A stretch of 61,757 nucleotides of DNA from contig CAYMCD010000001.1 in the NCBI GenBank assembly GCA_964388845.1, forward strand, positions 36,556-98,312. The letters run 5' to 3'. Source of the stretch: an uncultured Verrucomicrobiota bacterium (GTDB lineage: Bacteria; Verrucomicrobiota; Kiritimatiellia; CAIVKH01). This document shows, one piece after another, positions 8,754 to 16,693 of the stretch (positions are counted from its first letter, which is position 1; every line of letters begins with the position of its first letter). The notes under the pieces are model-generated. The model ran no database searches. It saw only the letters and a list, made by a program, of their open reading frames with translations, and was not told where the DNA came from. Position numbers and translations under genes: made by a program.

Positions 8754-10219
8754 TCTTCTGCAGTTACGAGTTCCTGTTCCTCTTCCTCCCCATCGTCCTC
8801 GCGGGCTACTACCTCGTCTTCGCGCGGGCCGGCCGCACCGCGTTCCTGACGGTCGTGAGCTACCTGTTCTACGGCTGGTGGGACTACCGCTTCTGCGGGC
8901 TGCTGCTGGCCTCCACGTTTATTGACTATTATGCCGGACAAAGGATTGCCGCGGCGTCCGACCGTCGCCAGGCCCGCCGATGGCTGGTCCTTTCGATGTG
9001 CAGCAATCTCTCGATGCTGGGATTCTTCAAGTATTTCGACCTCGGCGCATCCACCATTAATGCGCTTGCCGGCCGGCTGGGCGCGGATGCGCCGGTAATT
9101 CCCCTGTTGCGCCTCGTTCTTCCCGTGGGCATATCGTTCTACACCTTCCAGACCATGAGCTATTCGATTGATCTCTACCAGGGCCGGGCGAAAGTGGCGC
9201 GCGGCTGGTGGTCCTTCGCCTGCTATGTGGCGCTGTTCCCGCAATTGGTGGCCGGCCCCATCGTGCGCTACCACGAACTGGCCGGGCAGCTGGTCCGTCG
9301 CGACCACACGCTCGACAAGGTCGCGCGGGGCGTCGCGCTGTTCATCGCGGGGCTCTCAAAAAAAGTGCTCGTCGCGGACGGCGTGGCGCCGCTGACGCCG
9401 ATGGCATTCGGCCCGGAGGCGCCGGGCCTGCTCGATGCGTGGGTGGGCGTGCTCGCCTATGCGATGCAGATCTATTTTGATTTCAGCGGGTATTCCGACA
9501 TGGCGGTCGGGCTCGGGTTGATGTTCGGGTTCGGATTCCCCATCAATTTCAATTCGCCCTACAAGGCCGACAGCATCACCGATTTCTGGCGGCGCTGGCA
9601 CATCTCGCTCTCGAACTGGCTGCGCGACTATCTCTACATCCCGCTCGGCGGGAACCGCGTCGGCCCGCGCCGCACCTATGTGAACCTGTTCCTCGTCATG
9701 CTGCTCGGCGGCTTGTGGCACGGCGCGAACTGGACGTTCGTGGTCTGGGGCGGTTTCCACGGCCTGATGCTGGGTTGGGAGCGCCTGCGGCGCGCGGCGC
9801 GTCCGGAGGCCGCGCCCTACCCGGTGAAAGATGGGGTGGGGCGGCGAACCGTGGCCCGGCTGCGCACCTTCATTCTGGTGTGTCTCGCCTGGGTGGTCTT
9901 CCGCGCCGCCGACATGGAACAGGCGTACGGCGTCTGGGCCGGCCTGCTCGGCGCCAACGGCCCCGGCGCGCTGTCCTCCGCGTTGCCGCTCCCGCTGCCC
10001 GCGGCGCTGGGCGTCCTGGGCGGGGCCCTGGCGCTGGCGTTCTGCGGCCGCAATTCGTGGGAGTGGATCCGACCGCTGGACGAAGCGGCGCCCCCCGTCT
10101 GGGGGCCGTCGTGGGGCGCCGCCGCGTGGCGCGCCGCGCTGTTCGGAATTCTCTTCGCGGCCAGCGTCGGCGTGATGCTGGTCAATACCAGTTCCCCGTT
10201 CCTCTATTTCCAATTCTGA
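8750..10219 (+). CDS. MBOAT family membrane O-acyltransferase (AlgI/DltB-like), 489 aa
   Basis: ORF 8543..10219 trimmed to the ATG at 8750 (MIFCSYEFLFLFLPIVL...), an ATGA overlap with the deacetylase stop. MBOAT hallmarks: ISFYTFQTMSYSIDLY, FWRRWHISLSNWLRDYLYIPLGGNR, LGGLWHGANW. Confidence 0.9.
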   Translation: MIFCSYEFLFLFLPIVLAGYYLVFARAGRTAFLTVVSYLFYGWWDYRFCGLLLASTFIDYYAGQRIAAASDRRQARRWLVLSMCSNLSMLGFFKYFDLGASTINALAGRLGADAPVIPLLRLVLPVGISFYTFQTMSYSIDLYQGRAKVARGWWSFACYVALFPQLVAGPIVRYHELAGQLVRRDHTLDKVARGVALFIAGLSKKVLVADGVAPLTPMAFGPEAPGLLDAWVGVLAYAMQIYFDFSGYSDMAVGLGLMFGFGFPINFNSPYKADSITDFWRRWHISLSNWLRDYLYIPLGGNRVGPRRTYVNLFLVMLLGGLWHGANWTFVVWGGFHGLMLGWERLRRAARPEAAPYPVKDGVGRRTVARLRTFILVCLAWVVFRAADMEQAYGVWAGLLGANGPGALSSALPLPLPAALGVLGGALALAFCGRNSWEWIRPLDEAAPPVWGPSWGAAAWRAALFGILFAASVGVMLVNTSSPFLYFQF

Positions 10220-10220
10220 C

Positions 10221-11456
10221 ATGCACCGCACCCCCTCCATCGCCGGATCCCGCCTGAAGCTGCTCCTGCCCCTGCTGGCGCTCGCGGGCCTCTGGCTCGT
10301 GGCCACGGGACTGGATTGGGCGATGCGATTTCGCTGGTTCCAGTGGCACCGCACGTTCGTCGTCAGCGCGTTCAAGCCGCGCTACATCGGGGACTGGCCC
10401 CCGCTCACCCGGGTGCCGTTCCCCCCGGCGCGGGGCGGCGACCTGAGCCGCCTGCTCGGGGTGCCCGAGGCGATAGAGAAGTACGGGGTTGACCGCGCCG
10501 ACCAGGGAGTTGTGCACACGGACGAGTTCGGATTTCCCAACGTTCCGCCGACGACCAACCGGCCGTATACCGTGGCGTTGGTGGGCGACAGTTTCCTGCT
10601 GCAGGGCCGATCGGACAGCAACCTCATGGGCGGCCGCATCGCGCGGTTGCTCGGCACGTCCGTGTACACGGTCGCTCACGCCGGCCGCGGCTCGGCCTTC
10701 GCCATGTCGGGCTACCTGGATCACCCGAATTTCAGACGGTCGCCCCCGCGCGCGGTCGTCTGGTGCCTTTCCGAGCGCGATGCCACCGGTTTCTTCTTTG
10801 ACAGCGTCGCGGTGCAGGCCATGGGCCGCGTGTATCAATCGAATTACGTGGCGTACGCCGATGCGGCGAGCCGGCGGGATTGGGACTGGCTCCAGTTGAC
10901 GCCCGCCCGCCTGCGCGCCTCGCTTCCTAACACTTCCGTGCTGGCCCAGGGCGCCCGGCGCGCCTGGACCTGGATCCGGTTCCAGGGCTTCCGGCGCCTG
11001 AACGAGGAAATCGTGATCGCGACCAACGCGTTCGCGGGGCGGACCATGCTGTTCTACAGCGAAAATCTCAAATCGCTCAGCTGGGGCCCGGAGGTCCGGG
11101 ACATCCCGAAAATCAAGCGCGCCGCGTATTATGTCCAGCGCGATTACTTCCTGGCGCGCGGCATCCGATGGATCGTCGTGTTGATCCCCGAAAAGGAGCA
11201 GGTGTACCGGAATTGGGTTCCGCCCTCGCGCTGGATCGGGGGGAAGGCGCTCCCGCCGTCCAGCCTGGACGACATCGCGGCGGCGCTGAAATCCGCCGGG
11301 GTGGAGGCGCTCAACCTGTTGCCGGTCTACCGACAGGCCGTCGCGCGCGGCGAGTTGGTTTTCTGGCCGGACGACACCCACTGGAACCCGCTCGGCATGG
11401 ATTACGCCGCGACGCAAATCGCGAAAGTGCTTCATTCTCCTCCGGAATCACAATAA
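10221..11456 (+). CDS. AlgX/AlgJ-like SGNH-type O-acetyltransferase partner, 411 aa
   Basis: N-terminal TM anchor (LKLLLPLLALAGLWLVATGL), SGNH block I (ALVGDSFLL) and the DxxH block (WPDDTHWNPLG). It starts 2 nt after the MBOAT stop. Confidence 0.75.
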   Translation: MHRTPSIAGSRLKLLLPLLALAGLWLVATGLDWAMRFRWFQWHRTFVVSAFKPRYIGDWPPLTRVPFPPARGGDLSRLLGVPEAIEKYGVDRADQGVVHTDEFGFPNVPPTTNRPYTVALVGDSFLLQGRSDSNLMGGRIARLLGTSVYTVAHAGRGSAFAMSGYLDHPNFRRSPPRAVVWCLSERDATGFFFDSVAVQAMGRVYQSNYVAYADAASRRDWDWLQLTPARLRASLPNTSVLAQGARRAWTWIRFQGFRRLNEEIVIATNAFAGRTMLFYSENLKSLSWGPEVRDIPKIKRAAYYVQRDYFLARGIRWIVVLIPEKEQVYRNWVPPSRWIGGKALPPSSLDDIAAALKSAGVEALNLLPVYRQAVARGELVFWPDDTHWNPLGMDYAATQIAKVLHSPPESQ

Positions 11457-11465
11457 AATCACGGC

Positions 11466-11738
11466 ATGAAAAGAGGGTTGATCCATTTCATTCCGCCCGC
11501 CCTCCTCGCGATCGCGCTGCTCGCCTCCTGCGGGCCGCGGACCCAGGACGAATGGTACGAGCACTCCAGCGCGGTGGACCAGCGCGAACGGGATTACGTG
11601 GACCAGCAGATGCGGCACGGCATGACCGAGATCGAAGCCAAGCGCGCCTTCGGACTCCAGTATTCAATTGAGCTGACCGGGCGCCGGGACGACACGGATG
11701 TCGGCGGCCAGCAGTTGCAGGACAAGGTCCAACCCTGA
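11466..11738 (+). CDS. Small lipoprotein, 90 aa, unknown function
   Basis: Signal peptide plus lipobox (LLASC), then a charged soluble tail. The TGATG junction couples it to the next GT4. Confidence 0.55.
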   Translation: MKRGLIHFIPPALLAIALLASCGPRTQDEWYEHSSAVDQRERDYVDQQMRHGMTEIEAKRAFGLQYSIELTGRRDDTDVGGQQLQDKVQP

Positions 11739-12862
11739 TGACCGACTCGCCCCCGGCACCCGTCCTGCACCTGGTCTGGAACTTGATCCGCGGCGGGACG
11801 GAGGGGCAGTGCGCCCGCACGGCGATCGCCCTGCGGGCCGCCGGATGGCCGCAACGGGTCGGGGTGTCGCGGCGCGAAGGCTTCTTCCTCGAGGACGTCG
11901 AACGGGCCTGCGGGCCGGTTCACGAGATGCGCATCCGCGCGATGCTGCGGCCCGGCACCCCGCTGGAAATCCGCCGGCTCGCCCGCTTCATCGGCCGCGA
12001 AGGCATCGCGCTCGTCCATGCGTGGGACGCGGACGCCGCGATCTTCGGCGCGGCGGCGTCGGCCCTCGCCGGCGTGCCGCTGATCACCAGCCGCCGCGAT
12101 CTCGGCGAGATCTATGCGCCGCGCAAGCTCGCGCTGATGCGCTGGGCGGACCGCCGCGCCCGCGCCGTGGTGGTGAATGCCCGCGCGATCGCCGGGGCTC
12201 CCGCCTGCGCGCATGTGACGCCGGCGAAGGTGCGCGTGATCCCGAATCTGCTGGATGTCCAGGAGTTCGACGCCCGCGCGGGGACGCCGCGCCATCCGGC
12301 GCCGGCGCTGCCGGCCGGGCGCCGCATCGCGATGGTGGCCCGGCTCGATCCGGAAAAGGACGTGGCGACGCTGCTGCGCGCCGCGCCCGCCGTGCTGACC
12401 CGCGTCCCGGACGCGCGTTTCGTCATCGTGGGCGCCGGCCGCGAGCGCGCCGCGCTGGAATCGCTGGCCGGCCGGCTCGGCGTGGCGGCGGCCGTTTCGT
12501 TCGTGGGCGAGTGCAACGAGGTGTCCGCCCTGTTGCGTCAGTGCGATCTGGGCGTGTTGACGCCGAACCGGAACGAGGGGCTTTCCAACACGATCCTGGA
12601 ATACATGGCCGCCGGATTGCCCGTGGTGGCGACCGATTGCGGCGGCAACCGCGAACTGGTGGAGGACGGTCGCACCGGCTTTGTCGTTCCCGTGGGCGAT
12701 GCCGATGCGCTCGCGGATCGGTTGGCCGGATTGTTGCGCGATCCCGCGCGGATCCGTGAAATGGGCGCCGCCGGCCGCGCCGTTATCGAGACGCGCCACC
12801 AACCCGCCGCCATCGCCGCCCAGTTCGCCGACGTCTATCGCGCCCTGGCGGGTGAACGGTAG
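11738..12862 (+). CDS. GT4 family glycosyltransferase, 374 aa
   Basis: Motifs VLHLVWNLIRGGTEGQ, MVARLDPEKD, NEGLSNTILEYMAAGLPVVATDCGGNRELVEDGRTGFVV (E-x7-E type motif). Confidence 0.85.
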   Translation: MTDSPPAPVLHLVWNLIRGGTEGQCARTAIALRAAGWPQRVGVSRREGFFLEDVERACGPVHEMRIRAMLRPGTPLEIRRLARFIGREGIALVHAWDADAAIFGAAASALAGVPLITSRRDLGEIYAPRKLALMRWADRRARAVVVNARAIAGAPACAHVTPAKVRVIPNLLDVQEFDARAGTPRHPAPALPAGRRIAMVARLDPEKDVATLLRAAPAVLTRVPDARFVIVGAGRERAALESLAGRLGVAAAVSFVGECNEVSALLRQCDLGVLTPNRNEGLSNTILEYMAAGLPVVATDCGGNRELVEDGRTGFVVPVGDADALADRLAGLLRDPARIREMGAAGRAVIETRHQPAAIAAQFADVYRALAGER

Positions 12863-12887
12863 GGCGGGGCGTCTCCGATCCGCCGGC

Positions 12888-13056
12888 GCTGGAAAAGCGG
12901 CGCGTCAAGGATGCCGCGCCCTGCCGGGTGAATGGTGGGACGGGGCTTTCCGCCTTCGCCAAGGCTTCCGCCGTCGCACTTCGCGCTATGGCGGACAAGT
13001 CGGCGGACGAACGGTACCCACCGCTTTTCCAATTTCCAATCACCCGCTTTTCCAGC
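12888..13056. repeat. ~169-bp element bounded by perfect 13-bp inverted repeats, with an internal REP-like GC hairpin
   Basis: GCTGGAAAAGCGG at 12888-12900 and its exact reverse complement CCGCTTTTCCAGC at 13044-13056. An internal imperfect palindrome (tccgccg...cggcgga) lies around 12968-13008. The element sits between convergent GT genes, and its right arm supplies the last codons of the 13040..14050 gene. Confidence 0.5.
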
Positions 13057-14050
13057 TCGGTTTCGCGCGATGAAATCCGAGCAGGTCAATGGTGCGCGCG
13101 AGTCCATAGGCGGCGTAGAGGAGGCACAGCGAAGCAAAGAAGCGCGCCGTCCGCCCGCGGAGGCTCAACAGCGCGGCGGGTCCCGCGATCAGGGCAAGCC
13201 AGGGGAGGGTTCCGGTCATCAGTGACCAGTGATCGGTGATCAGTGAAGCAGCGACCGAGAGCAGGGCGAGGGCGAGCGCGGCGGCGTAGAGCGCGGTGAA
13301 ACGCGGCGCGTTGCCGCCGACCTTGCCCCCGCTGAGCCGCGCGATGTGGGCGTAGCTCTTCCGGTTCGCGTGCCAGAGCTGCTGCTTGAACCACGCGCGC
13401 AGCGTGGCGGGTTCGCCGTGGTGGACTACGCGCAGGCCGGGCACGCCCAGGACGGGTATGCCCGCCCGGTCGGCGCGAAACGCGAAGTCGGTGTCTTCGC
13501 CGGTTGTCAGCTCTTCGTTGAAACCGCCCAGTTGATCGGCGACGGAGCGGTGCAACAGCATGTTGCGGGTGGTGACGAGACGAAATCCCTCGCGCTCCGC
13601 CACCGGGCGTCCGTGGCGTTCGGATCGCGCCGGGTTCTTCTGCTCCCAATGGAAGCGCCACGCCGCCTGCACCCAGGTCATCGGCGCGGGCGGCGCGGCG
13701 GGCCAGCCCAGGATCGCCGCCGGTTCGCGCTCCAGGAAATGCGCGGCGTGATCGAGCCAATCCGCGGCCGGTTCACAGTCGCCGTCGAGGAACGCGATCC
13801 AGTCCCCGGTCGCCGCGCGCAGGCCCGCGTTCCGACACACCGGGATGCTGGCGTCGGGCAGGACCTCGATCCTTGTGAAACCCGCCGCGCGCGCCGCCTC
13901 GACCGTCCCATCCCGGCTGCCGCCGTCCACGAGAAGGGTCTCCACCTCGACGCCGGGCGGGCGCGCGAGGCGGTTGACCGCCGCCTGCAGGCCGCCGACA
14001 CGGCGTACTTCATTGAATGTGACGGCGATGATGGATAGCCTGTGGGGCAT
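13040..14050 (-). CDS. GT2 family glycosyltransferase with C-terminal TM segments, 336 aa
   Basis: ORF 13040..14140 trimmed to the ATG at 14050 (MPHRLSIIAVTFNE...), leaving a 70-bp divergent spacer. Motifs LVDGGSRDGT, FLDGDCEP and TGEDTDFAFR; hydrophobic tail ALYAAALALALLSVAASLI. Confidence 0.8.
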   Translation of the reverse strand: MPHRLSIIAVTFNEVRRVGGLQAAVNRLARPPGVEVETLLVDGGSRDGTVEAARAAGFTRIEVLPDASIPVCRNAGLRAATGDWIAFLDGDCEPAADWLDHAAHFLEREPAAILGWPAAPPAPMTWVQAAWRFHWEQKNPARSERHGRPVAEREGFRLVTTRNMLLHRSVADQLGGFNEELTTGEDTDFAFRADRAGIPVLGVPGLRVVHHGEPATLRAWFKQQLWHANRKSYAHIARLSGGKVGGNAPRFTALYAAALALALLSVAASLITDHWSLMTGTLPWLALIAGPAALLSLRGRTARFFASLCLLYAAYGLARTIDLLGFHRAKPSWKSG

Positions 14051-14120
14051 CCGCGTAAAGTGGCGGAACTCAGGCGCGGTTGGGAAGCGCAATTTGATCG
14101 CCGCGCGCCGCGAAACCGAC

Positions 14121-15224
14121 ATGGACCTGGTGTATCTCATGCAGGATGTGCCGCGCCTCTACGGCGCGGAGCGCGTGACCGTGGAGCTGGCGGAGGCCCT
14201 CGGGCGGCGCCTGCCGGTGCGGTTCTGGTTGATCGGCGAACGGCGTCTCGGCGAACACCCGGGCGCGCTGCACGGGGCCGTCGTCCGCGCCGGATTGCCG
14301 GTCGAGCGCTTTCCGGTGGCCGGCCGTCTTTCCTGGCCGCTGGTGCGCGAACTCCGCGCACGGTTGGGGGGACTGGATGCGCCGATCCTGCACACCGTCG
14401 GCTACAAGGCACACCTGCACGCCCTCGCCGCGGCGCGCGGCGTCGCGCCGACGGTGACGACGATCCACGGGTGGCTCGTACGCCCCGAATGGAAGGAGCG
14501 GATATATGAATGGCTCGAGGTGCGCGCGCTCCGCCACGACCGCGCCGTCGTCTGTCTCACGGCGTTTTATGAACAATGTCTGCTGGACGCGGGTGTGCGG
14601 CGGGAGCGGCTGCACCGCATCTCCACGGGCTTCGCGCCGGAGCAACTGCCCGACGCCGGCCGCGCGCAAGCCTGGCCGGAGGGCCCCTTCACCGTCGCGC
14701 TGGTGGGCCGGCTGAGCTGGGAAAAGAACCACGACCTGCTGCTGCGCGCCGCGGCGCGCCTCCGAGACAGCGGCCTGTCTCTGCGGGTCATCCTGGCGGG
14801 CGAGGGGCCGGAGCGGCCGGCGATCGAGGCGCGCATCCGCTCGCTCCACCTGTCCGATGTCGTCCGCGTCGCCGGCTACGTCGCCATGGCGGACCTGATG
14901 CCCGGCGTCCACGCCGTTGCGCTGTGCTCGCGCATCGAAAACATGCCGCTGAGCCTGTTGGAGGCGATGGCCTGGGCGAGGCCCGTGGTGGCGACCGCCG
15001 TCGGCGGCGTTCCCGACGTGGTGCGGGACGGCGAGACCGGCTGGCTCGCGCCTTCGGACGACGAAGCCGCGCTGGCGGATCGCCTGGCGAGACTGGCGGG
15101 CGACGCCGACGCCGCGCGGCGGATGGGCCGGGCCGGCCGCCGCCGGCTGGAGCAGGAGTTTACGCTGGAACGCTGTGTGACGCGGCACGTGGAATTGTAT
15201 AGCATGCTGGCGCAACCTCATTGA
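14121..15224 (+). CDS. GT4 family glycosyltransferase, 367 aa
   Basis: ORF 13845..15224 trimmed to the ATG at 14121 (MDLVYLMQDVPRLYGAERV...). Motifs VGRLSWEKNHDLLL and ENMPLSLLEAMAWARPVVATAVGGVPDVVRDGETGWL. Confidence 0.85.
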   Translation: MDLVYLMQDVPRLYGAERVTVELAEALGRRLPVRFWLIGERRLGEHPGALHGAVVRAGLPVERFPVAGRLSWPLVRELRARLGGLDAPILHTVGYKAHLHALAAARGVAPTVTTIHGWLVRPEWKERIYEWLEVRALRHDRAVVCLTAFYEQCLLDAGVRRERLHRISTGFAPEQLPDAGRAQAWPEGPFTVALVGRLSWEKNHDLLLRAAARLRDSGLSLRVILAGEGPERPAIEARIRSLHLSDVVRVAGYVAMADLMPGVHAVALCSRIENMPLSLLEAMAWARPVVATAVGGVPDVVRDGETGWLAPSDDEAALADRLARLAGDADAARRMGRAGRRRLEQEFTLERCVTRHVELYSMLAQPH

Positions 15225-15237
15225 CCGGCCCCGTGTA

Positions 15238-16671
15238 ATGCAACGTCTCCAACAGCTGGCGGCCTTCGCGATCCGCGGATTCGCGGTCCTCGTGTTCGGG
15301 CTGGTTCTTTTTTTTCCGGCCTACAAGGACCTCCAGATCGCCTACGGACCCGTGTTGCTCGCGCTCGGCGCGGCGCTGGCGTTGCACCGGCGCCTGCAGG
15401 GCCCGTGGAATCCGCCCGCCGGCTGGTCGCGCGCGGCGTTCCTCGCGCTCGCCTTTTTCGCGCCCGCCATCGTGCAGACCGGCCTGCTGCTCGTGTTGCG
15501 GCCCGAGCCGCTGTACGACGGCCGGTTCGTCTTTGACGAAGCGGTGGCCTTCGCGCAGGCCGGGCGCATGCCCCCGCTGACCTATTATCCGCCCGCCCAG
15601 ACCTGGTGGTATGCCGCGTGGTTTAAGGTTTTCGGCGCCGCGCCGCTTGTCGCGCAGCTCTCGCACGTGCCGCTGCACGCGCTGGTCACGGCGCTGACCT
15701 ACGGGCTGGCCCGGCGCGCCGTCCCGGACCGCGCGCGGCTCGCCGCCCTCGCGGTGGCCTGGTATCCGAGCTTCGCCGGCTACGTGCTGACCACGCCCTA
15801 CTACCACTATCTTTACACGGCGATGGTGGTCGCCACCGCGTGGGGCTGGCTCGCCGCGATGGAACGGCCGCGCGCCGCTTTGTGGCCGGGCCTCGCGTCC
15901 GGCCTCGGCGCGCTGACCAAGGCCACCCAGCTCATCGCGCCCGCCCAGGCGCTGCTGTTCTGGTTCCTGGCCCCGCGCATGGACGAACAACCGGCGCCGG
16001 ACGACCGGCGACGGACGACCGGTCGCCGGTCACGGGTCACTTCTTTCCTTCTCTTCCTCCTCGGCATGGCCCTTGTGATCGCCCCGTGGACGTTTCGCAA
16101 CTGGCGCGTTTTTGATGCGATTGTGCCCGTCTGCACCTCGGGCGGACTGGTGTTGTGGAGCGCGAACAATCCCGAATCGAACGGCCTGTACAGCGGCCTG
16201 CCGGACACGGCGGACATCAAGACGCCCGCCGAGATGCTCGCGCACAGCCGGGACGCGTCCGCGGCCGCCAGGCGGTTCATCCTGGAGAACCCCGTGCGGT
16301 TTCTCCAGCTGGTGGGGACCAAACTGCTGCACACCTGGGGCGGTGAGGCGACATTCGCCGAATTGATCAACCGGCGCGGGCGGTCGCTCGGAAAGCCGGA
16401 GGATGCCGTGAGCCTCGTCTTCTTCATGGGGTGGACGCTGGCGGGCGGGCTCTGGGCGGCCGCATCCCTGGACGCGATGCGGCGGCGGCTGCCGCTGGGC
16501 GGGGTGGAGTGGGCAACCGCGGTGATCGTGATTTCCAATGCCGCGGTGTACGCCGTTTTCGAGGGGGGCGACCGGCACCATCTTCCGTATGTCCCGCTGG
16601 TGATCGTCGCGACCCTCGGGGTGGCGGCGGAGATTCGGCGGGCTTGTGATCGCGCCGCGCCTTCGCCATAA
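15238..16671 (+). CDS. GT-C fold membrane glycosyltransferase (ArnT/PMT_2-like), 477 aa
   Basis: About 10 or more hydrophobic helices and a first-loop acidic motif (YDGRFVFDEAVAFAQAG). The C-terminal periplasmic-type region follows (APWTFRNWRVFDAIVPVCTSGGLVLWSANN). Confidence 0.7.
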   Translation: MQRLQQLAAFAIRGFAVLVFGLVLFFPAYKDLQIAYGPVLLALGAALALHRRLQGPWNPPAGWSRAAFLALAFFAPAIVQTGLLLVLRPEPLYDGRFVFDEAVAFAQAGRMPPLTYYPPAQTWWYAAWFKVFGAAPLVAQLSHVPLHALVTALTYGLARRAVPDRARLAALAVAWYPSFAGYVLTTPYYHYLYTAMVVATAWGWLAAMERPRAALWPGLASGLGALTKATQLIAPAQALLFWFLAPRMDEQPAPDDRRRTTGRRSRVTSFLLFLLGMALVIAPWTFRNWRVFDAIVPVCTSGGLVLWSANNPESNGLYSGLPDTADIKTPAEMLAHSRDASAAARRFILENPVRFLQLVGTKLLHTWGGEATFAELINRRGRSLGKPEDAVSLVFFMGWTLAGGLWAAASLDAMRRRLPLGGVEWATAVIVISNAAVYAVFEGGDRHHLPYVPLVIVATLGVAAEIRRACDRAAPSP

Positions 16672-16693
16672 TCGCCGGTTTCACAACCGCTTC

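Noticed and set aside
8873-8900. YGWWDYRF in the 8750..10219 protein resembles the WWDYG motif of oligosaccharyltransferases (PglB/AglB/STT3).
   Set aside because: The rest of the protein is unambiguously MBOAT (FWRRWHISLSNWLRDYLYIPLGGNR, catalytic His context). The match is a coincidental pentapeptide.
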